Below are positions 29,740 to 37,200 of a stretch of DNA of 64,000 nucleotides, piece by piece. Position 1 is the first letter of the stretch. Each line of letters begins with the position of its first letter. This stretch comes from Methanosaeta sp. PtaB.Bin018 (GTDB taxonomy: Archaea > Halobacteriota > Methanosarcinia > Methanotrichales > Methanotrichaceae): contig MVQH01000077.1 in NCBI GenBank assembly GCA_002067755.1, positions 1,425-65,424 on the forward strand, given 5' to 3'. Position numbers and translations under genes: made by a program. The notes under the pieces were generated by a model. It did not search any database, was not told where the DNA came from, and worked only from the letters and a program-made list of their open reading frames with translations.

Positions 29740-30440
29740 AAACTGCGCGCGGCCACCCCCGCCCTAAAGGACGGGGTATGCTTCGGGCCGCGCGCCCGGT
29801 TAGCCGGAATTCAGAAATCATCGAGTCTTCGTTGCCCTGACCACCTCAACTTTCGTGATTGGAACTCTATTTTCTGTTTTCCCTGAAAATCCTTGATATA
29901 ATGCTGGATAGTATCAGTGGTGACATTTCCAACAGACCGAAAAAATTTTCCAGCAGACCATAGACTACCACCCCAATATTGCTTTCTCAATTCAGGATGA
30001 AGCCTGAACAATCTATAAGAGCTACCTCCTTTTAAGTACTGAATTGCTTCTGACAGAGAGGTTGATGGGTGAAATTCCAAGAACAGGTGAACATGATCCT
30101 CAACTATTTGCATAGCATGGATTTTATATCCCTGCTTTATACAAATATTGCTGAGGACTAACTCGCAATCCTTTTTAACTTGGCTATTGTTGAATATTCT
30201 GTATCGATACTTTGGCACCAATACGATGTGGTATGTTATCTGGCCAAAGCCATGGCTAAAGCTGCGCAATTCCAATGCGTATCACATCCTAGCCATAGGT
30301 GGCTGTCACCACCTGTGGCTAAGGTGCCAAAATAATCTCATGTTCAATATATGTAACGTCAAACGGATTCAAGAAGCAGAAAACTGGGCGAGGGTTCACT
30401 TCATCCCCAACCTGAAGGTTGGGGGATTCGTGACCCTCCG
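29740..30440 (-). mobile_element. IS200-type minimal insertion sequence (IS200/IS605 family, tnpA only)
   Basis: About 700 bp. A Y1 transposase gene is flanked by subterminal hairpins. The 3' side has GCGCGCGGCC...GGCCGCGCGC (29745-29795). The 5' side has ATCCCCAACC-tgaa-GGTTGGGGAT (30403-30426) nested in GGGTTCAC/GTGACCC (30392-30436). A 12-bp imperfect stem (30291-30320) lies 16 nt upstream of the ATG. No tnpB. Exact ends are not determined. Confidence 0.7.
29811..30275 (-). CDS. tnpA: IS200/IS605-family Y1 (HUH) transposase TnpA
   Basis: 154 aa with YHIVLVPKYRYRIF and the HUH motif (DHVHLFLEF); typical size. Confidence 0.9.
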   Translation of the reverse strand: MELRSFSHGFGQITYHIVLVPKYRYRIFNNSQVKKDCELVLSNICIKQGYKIHAMQIVEDHVHLFLEFHPSTSLSEAIQYLKGGSSYRLFRLHPELRKQYWGGSLWSAGKFFRSVGNVTTDTIQHYIKDFQGKQKIEFQSRKLRWSGQRRLDDF

Positions 30441-30581
30441 CACTCCCTAAGTATTAAATGGTTGAGACCGAATATAAAATTCAGCCCAGTGTATCTAAAG
30501 TCAAGACATTCGGGACTACACACAACACAGCAGCTTCGACCAATCTCCTACATTCAATTATTGGAGTCCTCTACCATCACC

Positions 30582-30615
30582 TTTAAGTAAAATAAATTGA
30601 TTTTAAGTAAAATAA
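30582..30615 (+). promoter_or_regulatory. Two copies of TTTAAGTAAAATAA spaced 20 bp start-to-start, upstream of the first beta-propeller gene
   Basis: Exact 14-bp direct repeat at 30582-30595 and 30602-30615, 41-74 nt upstream of ATG 30656. Either a duplicated TATA-like element or a regulator site. Confidence 0.35.
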
Positions 30616-30655
30616 CATAGAATAACGGCTCAAATCGAGCGTCTGGGGTGCGCAG

Positions 30656-33043
30656 ATGGCTGAACAGAAACCGTCTAAGAATACGAGAGCGTTTATCACC
30701 ATTATCATATCGTCTTTGATAGCTTTCAATTCTTTGATAGCTTTCAATATTACTAACGCGTCAGACTGGCCGCTGTTCAAGAAGGATGTTTTGAACTCCG
30801 GCATAAGTTCCGATCGCGTTCCAAGCACTCCCGTGATACTGTGGTCTGCTGACATACAGAGGATGGAGACCACACCCATTATCTCCTCCGATCTGGTCTA
30901 TGCTCTTACGGGTAACGGTTCTGTCTGGGCCATTGACAAGGAGACCGGCAAATCGAGATGGCTGTCCCAGTTGGAGGGTTGGGTCTACCAGATGTCTACA
31001 CTGGCAAGCAGCGGAGAGAAAATCTTCGCTGCCACCGATTCGGGATTGCTAGCGGCCTATGATGCTCTGACAGGACGAGTGCTCTGGGTGAGGAGTCTGA
31101 CGGATAAGAGGTTCGAGGCACCAATAAACTATATAGACGGTCGGCTATACCTGGGAGAAGGAAGCGCCTACGGATCTGGCAAAAAGAGGTTCTTCTGCCT
31201 TTACGAGAACGGCACAGAGTGCTGGAATGTCTCTCGAAATACTAAGGGCTATCAATGGTGTGGGGCTGCTCAGGCTGGCAGTTATCTGGTATTCGGCCAG
31301 AATGACGGTGTCCTTTTGAGCGTGAACCGCCACAGTGGAGAGGTGGCCGATGAGCTGAGCCTGATCAACAGCTCCAGACTGAGCTTCTCTCAAGATAGAG
31401 CGGGAAGAGTTCGCGCATCCGTGGCCTTCAATGACAGCTACGTTTACGTCACATCCGAGTTCTCGGCAAAGGAAGGCTTTGCCTGGAAGATAGGCCTGGA
31501 TCCGAATACGGGCAAGTTCGAGGACCGCGGGTGGAGCTCCCCCGTGGGGTTTTCCACATCTACCCCTTCAGTCTGCAACAACCGGGTTTACATGGGCGTG
31601 GGCGAGCACGGACATCCCGGTGCCCTGGTCTGCCTTAACGATTCTTCCGGCGATCTGATCTGGTCCTATCCTGTGGAGGCAGGCGTGAAATCATCTCCAT
31701 CCGTATCGACGGCTTATGAGAAGCCTAGGATTTTATTCACCACTGCAAAGGTCGATGGCTATGTCTACTGCATAGAGGACAGTGGAGAAAAAGCTGTTCT
31801 ATTGTGGAGGTTGGATCCGCCCGATCCTGGCTACCTCTTGGGAGGCATATCCATCTCAGATGGTAGGATTTACTTCGGAACCGAGGGCGACCAACATTAC
31901 GGCAAACTGTACTGCCTTGGCGATGAATATGACGATGTTGAGGGCTGGACTCAGTTTCACAGCAACCCGCAGCATCATGGGTACAGCAGCACTAAAGCCC
32001 CCAGGTCCAACAAAACCGCCTGGATAAGCGAGGATATAGGTGCTCAGCCGGGATCTTCAGTCACTGTGGCCGAAGGATCGGTATTCGTGAATTGCGTTCA
32101 CAATCTGACCTGCCTAGATCAGAAGTCTGGAGAGGTGCTCTGGACATCTCCATTCAATGCCTCAGGAGACTATGCATTTGGATTTACCCCGGTTTACAGC
32201 AGAGGCCGGGTCTTCTTCACATCAGACAAGACTTACTGCCTGAACGCACAAGATGGCAGTGAGGTCTGGAGCTTTTCTCTGCCCACCGACAAGTTTGCAA
32301 TCGACGGTAGCCCGGCAATAGTTGACGGCAAAGCAATCGTCAGCGACTGGGATGGTCATCACTACTACTGCCTTGACGAGGTTACTGGAGAGGAACTGTG
32401 GAACTTCACCGTCGAGGGCAATGCTCAGTCTACCCCAGCCATCGACCAGGGAAGGGTGGTCTTTGGCAGCTGGGAGTGGGGCCTTGGCGGCAAGGTCTAC
32501 TGTGTCGACCTCAGAGATGGCTCAGAGATCTGGAATATGACAACCAAAAACTCACCATGCGGCTCGGCGACGATCGAGAACAAAACAGTCTACATGGCCA
32601 CCTACAACTTCGAAGGGGACGGCGATCTCCTGGCCATGACATTAGACAGCGGTTCTGTTCAATGGATGGCACAAGTAAGCCCCACCGACTCGACCCCTGT
32701 TGTGGTCGACGGGAGGGTCTATTTATGCGGAGGATGCGATGGTTTTTCCGAGCTTGTAACTTACTGCTTCGATGCGAATAGCGGCGAGCTCATATGGAGT
32801 ACATCGCCCAAAGAGAGCATCGGCGACTGGAGATGCTCTCCTGCCTTTGCTGACGGCCTGCTGTTTGTCGGAAGGCCGAATTTCATAGAGTTTAGAGGGA
32901 CTTTTGCCCTGAACGCCACTTCTGGCGAGGTGGTCTGGAGCTATCCAGAGGGAGGCTCATCTCCATCTCTGGCCGGCGGGATGCTCTTCACCATTGGCGG
33001 CGGCAGAGTCTATGCTTTTGGTGATGATTTATTGGAGGAATGA
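30656..33043 (+). CDS. Exported PQQ-like (BamB-type) beta-propeller repeat protein with two propeller modules
   Basis: 795 aa with an N-terminal hydrophobic segment. Each module opens with WP(L/Q)F..-type motifs (DWPLFKKDVLNSG; WTQFHSNPQHHG). Repeated ...G.V.A.D..TG...W blades. Confidence 0.8.
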   Translation: MAEQKPSKNTRAFITIIISSLIAFNSLIAFNITNASDWPLFKKDVLNSGISSDRVPSTPVILWSADIQRMETTPIISSDLVYALTGNGSVWAIDKETGKSRWLSQLEGWVYQMSTLASSGEKIFAATDSGLLAAYDALTGRVLWVRSLTDKRFEAPINYIDGRLYLGEGSAYGSGKKRFFCLYENGTECWNVSRNTKGYQWCGAAQAGSYLVFGQNDGVLLSVNRHSGEVADELSLINSSRLSFSQDRAGRVRASVAFNDSYVYVTSEFSAKEGFAWKIGLDPNTGKFEDRGWSSPVGFSTSTPSVCNNRVYMGVGEHGHPGALVCLNDSSGDLIWSYPVEAGVKSSPSVSTAYEKPRILFTTAKVDGYVYCIEDSGEKAVLLWRLDPPDPGYLLGGISISDGRIYFGTEGDQHYGKLYCLGDEYDDVEGWTQFHSNPQHHGYSSTKAPRSNKTAWISEDIGAQPGSSVTVAEGSVFVNCVHNLTCLDQKSGEVLWTSPFNASGDYAFGFTPVYSRGRVFFTSDKTYCLNAQDGSEVWSFSLPTDKFAIDGSPAIVDGKAIVSDWDGHHYYCLDEVTGEELWNFTVEGNAQSTPAIDQGRVVFGSWEWGLGGKVYCVDLRDGSEIWNMTTKNSPCGSATIENKTVYMATYNFEGDGDLLAMTLDSGSVQWMAQVSPTDSTPVVVDGRVYLCGGCDGFSELVTYCFDANSGELIWSTSPKESIGDWRCSPAFADGLLFVGRPNFIEFRGTFALNATSGEVVWSYPEGGSSPSLAGGMLFTIGGGRVYAFGDDLLEE
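30713..30748 (+). repeat. Perfect 18-bp tandem duplication inside the signal/anchor segment
   Basis: TCTTTGATAGCTTTCAAT occurs twice in tandem, encoding SLIAFN-SLIAFN. Confidence 0.9.
32339..32569 (+). repeat. Copy 1 of a ~231-bp near-identical segment shared by two adjacent propeller genes
   Basis: Matches 33544-33774 with 3 mismatches by eye. Encodes VSDWDGHHYYCLDEVTGEELWNFTVEGNAQSTPAIDQGRVVFGSWEWGLGGKVYCVDLRDGSEIWNMTTKNSPCGSA. Flanking sequence is far more divergent. Confidence 0.9.
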
Positions 33044-34254
33044 TAATGGAGAATTACATCGTTAAACTCGCGGGCTGGAAAACAATAGCTCTATTGATTT
33101 TCTGGCTCATCATTCAGCCTGTTGTATGTAGCAGTGACCTGGATTGGCCACAGTTCCACATGAACCCACAGCATACGGGCAACGCAAGCGTCAACGCTCC
33201 AGATGCGGCCCTTCTGGCTTGGAAGAGCGAAGCAATCGGCGCTCAGGAGGGGTCATCTGTATCGGTGGCAGAGGAGAAGGTATTCGTAAACTGCGTCAGC
33301 AATTTGACCTGTCTTGACCTGCGAACTGGAAAATTGCTATGGAGCACTGCCTTCACCCCCATGGACGATATCTGTCAGGCATTTGGCTGCTCGCCGGCAT
33401 ATCATCAAGGCAAGGTCTTTCTCTCCAGCCAAGATACCCTCTGCCTTAATGCATCTGACGGAAAGGTGCTGTGGATCTTTACACCTCCCACGAAAAGGGG
33501 TGCATTGGATGGAGGACCAGTGATAAGCGACGGCTTCGTTCTGGTCAGCGACTGGGATGGTCATCACTACTACTGCCTTGACGAGGTTACTGGAGAGGAA
33601 CTGTGGAACTTCACAGTCGAGGGCAATGCTCAGTCTACCCCAGCCATCGACCAGGGAAGAGTGGTCTTTGGCAGCTGGGAGTGGGGCCTTGGCGGCAAGG
33701 TCTACTGTGTCGACCTCAGAGATGGCTCAGAGATCTGGAATATGACAACCAAAAACTCGCCATGCGGCTCGGCTGCCATTTGGCAGAATGTGACCTGGGT
33801 TACCACTTACAACTTCGAAGGAGATGGAGAAGTCATGGCCATCTCACTCGAGGACGGGAAACTTCTCTGGGAGAGGACCATTCAGAGAACGGACTGTACC
33901 CCCACGCTTGCCAGCGGACGGCTATATGTTTGTGGTGGTGCCGATGGCTTCAGCGACAAGGTCACCTACTGCTTCGATGCCTCTAGCGGCGAACTTCTCT
34001 GGAATACTTCGAAGGAGGAGGAGATCGGCGAGTGGAGATGCTCTCCTGCCTATGCGGACGGCCTGCTGTTTGTGGGCAAGACAGATAGCAAGAGCTCCAC
34101 ATACGATACCCTCTGTGCGCTTAATGCCAGTACAGGTGATATTGTATGGAGCTATCCGGCAAGCGGATCGGCCCCGGCAGTTGCCTATGGAATGGTATTC
34201 TCCATAGGCGCAGGCAGGGTCTACGCTTTTGGGCCTGGAGGCAGCAGCACGTGA
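33040..34254 (+). CDS. Exported PQQ-like beta-propeller protein, single module, paralogous to the C-terminal half of the upstream gene
   Basis: 404 aa with an N-terminal hydrophobic segment, then DWPQFHMNPQHTGN. ATGA start/stop overlap with the upstream gene. Confidence 0.8.
   Translation: MIMENYIVKLAGWKTIALLIFWLIIQPVVCSSDLDWPQFHMNPQHTGNASVNAPDAALLAWKSEAIGAQEGSSVSVAEEKVFVNCVSNLTCLDLRTGKLLWSTAFTPMDDICQAFGCSPAYHQGKVFLSSQDTLCLNASDGKVLWIFTPPTKRGALDGGPVISDGFVLVSDWDGHHYYCLDEVTGEELWNFTVEGNAQSTPAIDQGRVVFGSWEWGLGGKVYCVDLRDGSEIWNMTTKNSPCGSAAIWQNVTWVTTYNFEGDGEVMAISLEDGKLLWERTIQRTDCTPTLASGRLYVCGGADGFSDKVTYCFDASSGELLWNTSKEEEIGEWRCSPAYADGLLFVGKTDSKSSTYDTLCALNASTGDIVWSYPASGSAPAVAYGMVFSIGAGRVYAFGPGGSST
33544..33774 (+). 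repeat. Copy 2 of the ~231-bp near-identical segment
   Basis: See 32339-32569. Confidence 0.9.
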
Positions 34255-37200
34255 GGATATCTGATGCCAAAAATTTGGGAGTCTGCATCCCTCTGATCTT
34301 TTTTTTATTTGGATTGATGATGCAGGCCAGTGCAGACTTCACCACTTTTCACGGTGATAACCAGAGGACTGGCAACGTAAGCGGCAACTATCCTGATGAA
34401 CCCCATGTTCTCTGGAGCGCGAGCCCGACAGGTCACGGCTACATTGGCGCTACAGCTGCCATATCTGGCATTAGAGTTTACATCTCCAACTGGCCGGATA
34501 TGACCTTCAAAGGGGAGCTTGGGCTTGCATGCCTGGATGAAGAAAATGGGACAGTCCTCTGGCTCAATTCGCTTGGCGGCAAAGGTGGAGCCTCAACTCC
34601 TGCCATATCGGATGACAGGGTCTTTGTCGGCTCACTTACGGGAGACCTTTACTGCCTTAACTCCACTACCGGAAAAACATTGTGGAACCGCACTCTAGAT
34701 AAAAATCCGGGGTGGTGGGGAGTGGCATCATCGCCTCTGGTTCAGGGTGAGACGGTATACGTCATGAGTTTCTCAGACGGAGCTATTCATTCTCTGGATC
34801 TGGATGGAAAGGAGATGTGGAACATGACCACGGGTCGGATTCATCCCTTCGCATCAGCTGCATCATCAGGCAGAAGGCTTTACTTCCCCGGTGGCGATCC
34901 GGCACTGTACTGCATCGATGCAACCTCAGGAGAGCTGGTATGGAAAGCCCCGCAAGAGTCTCAGATCACAGCCACCCCAGCCCTCTGGAACGATCTGGCA
35001 TTCATTGTTACTGAGAAAGCCCTTAAGGCCCTAAATGCCAGCACAGGCCAGGAGATCTGGAAGGTAGCCATCAATGGCACGATGTCTTCGCCTGCCATCT
35101 CTTTCGATAGGGTCTATGTCGGATCGGATGACGGATCCACGGGCCACTTGGCCTGCTTTAATGCCCAAAATGGCTCACAGGTTTGGAGAACGGAGGTCAA
35201 CGGCCCAGTCAGATCCTCGCCTCTGGTCGGGGATGGGAAGGTCTACTTCGGAACTAATACAGAGGCTGGAGTCATCTATTCACTGAATGCCTCCAATGGG
35301 TCTGTCGCCTGGAGCTACCCCGTCCATCAATATGTTATGGCCTCTGCTGCTGGATCCGATGGCGTCATCTTCATAGGGTCCGATGATGGCCTTCTCTACG
35401 CCTTTGGTTTTATGCCGAAGGGGCATCTCCGGAATGGAGACATTCAGCATGATGATGAATCAGTCAAATTCAATATCACAGCACACACAACTCGCCCAAA
35501 TGCACTTTTCATTACTGTAGGCAACCATCCTCAAATAGAAGTGGCCTCCCAAAATGCTGCTCTTAATGTGACCTTGGCTCCACCAACCAATGTCTCGAAC
35601 TTATCCTCTTATGACCTAATATTCCTGGAGATGCTCGGGGCAGAGGATGTTTCAAATCTTGCGCCCCTGATCGAGGATGCTAAAAAAAAAGGCGTTCCTG
35701 TAATAATACTAAACTCTGGGGGCTATGAAGACCTTGGCAATGTGAATTTATCGGATCATCCTAAAATTCAAGAATACTGGGACTACAGCGGCATTGAGAA
35801 CATGAGACGACTCTATTCCTACCTGGCAGCACGCATATTGGGCTTAAATGTCAAAGTAGAGGAGCCCGTACCCACCCCAAAAGAATACATATACCATCCA
35901 GATTCAGCTGAGATCTTCGATAACCTCTCACATTATTTGGACTGGTATGAGAATAAACCCGGACATCGTTACAATCAATCAGCTCCAACTATTGGCATAT
36001 TGAGCTATTATACAGACCTGGGACAAATAGACATTAACCGTCTCATCTCTGCCTTGGAGAGAGAGGGAGCAAACGTCATAGGCGCAGGATTCTCCAACAC
36101 ATCGACCATCAAAAGGCTCTTCTTCAAGAACGGAACGCCTATCGTAAACGCCGTGATACTCACCAAGTCCTTCCGGATAAATTATGGTGATGCAGATCAG
36201 GGTGTCTCGGATTTAGAAGACCTAAATGTTCCTGTGCTACGTGCAATGAGGTTATACTACCAGACTGCAGAGCAGTGGACAAATGCGTCCAGCATCGAGC
36301 CGATAGAGCTCTATTTCCAGGTCGCTCAGCCTGAGATGGATGGGGTCATTGAGCCCATTGTAATCTCAGGCAGAGACGAGACGATCTATGCTCCGGTGGA
36401 GAGCCAGATCGAATGGATAGCCGAACGGGCCTTAGCCTGGGCAGAGCTGGAAAGAAAGCCCGAGTCGGACAGGAAGCTGGCCATCATCTATTATAATCAC
36501 GCGGCTGGCAAGGACAACCTGGAAGGCTGCTACCTCAATGTTCCCCGCACCCTAGAGAATATCCTGGAAGGCCTGAACAGATCGCTATTCAAGGTGCAGG
36601 GAAGCATTCCAGATGAGAAGGACCTGGTAGATCTCCTGGCCCACGAGGGAACCAACATTGGATCCTGGGCCCCAGGTGAGCTTTTGTCGATGGTCGATAA
36701 GGGGAATGCAACTTTAATTCCTGCCGAAGAATACCTCTCCTGGTTTGAAACCCTGCCCGCAAACAGACAGGAGGAGACGATAAAACACTGGGGACCACCG
36801 CCAGGCGATATAATGGTCTATCAGAACGAGAGCGGAAAATATATTGTCATTCCAAAGCTCTCCTTTGGAAATGTCATTTTGCTGCCTCAGCCCACCAGAG
36901 GCTGGTTGGAGAACAATACAGTACTTTATCACTCCACCGACCTTCCTCCTCATCATCAGTACATAGCCTTCTATCTCTGGCTCAAAAATGGATTTGGCGC
37001 TGATGCCATAGTCCATCTGGGAAAACATGGGACTCAGGAGTGGCTGCCCGGCAAGGAATGCGGCATATCCAGAGATGACTGGCCTGCACTTCTCATCCAG
37101 GACCTGCCTGTGGTCTACCCATATATCGTCGACAACATTGCCGAAGGGACGCAGGCCAAGCGCAGGGGAGATGCTGTGATGGTCACCCATCTCACTCCGC

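Noticed and set aside
29745-29795. GC-rich stem-loop considered as a tRNA fragment or a stand-alone ncRNA
   Set aside because: It has no cloverleaf. It sits 16 nt past the tnpA stop and is mirrored by hairpins at the other end of a ~700-bp unit, which fits an IS200/IS605 subterminal palindrome.
34146-34250. ATG 34146 as the start of the CobN fusion gene
   Set aside because: It would overlap the upstream gene by 109 nt and add an Arg/Trp-rich peptide in front of the signal sequence. GTG 34251, in a GTGA stop/start overlap, gives a proper signal-like N-terminus.
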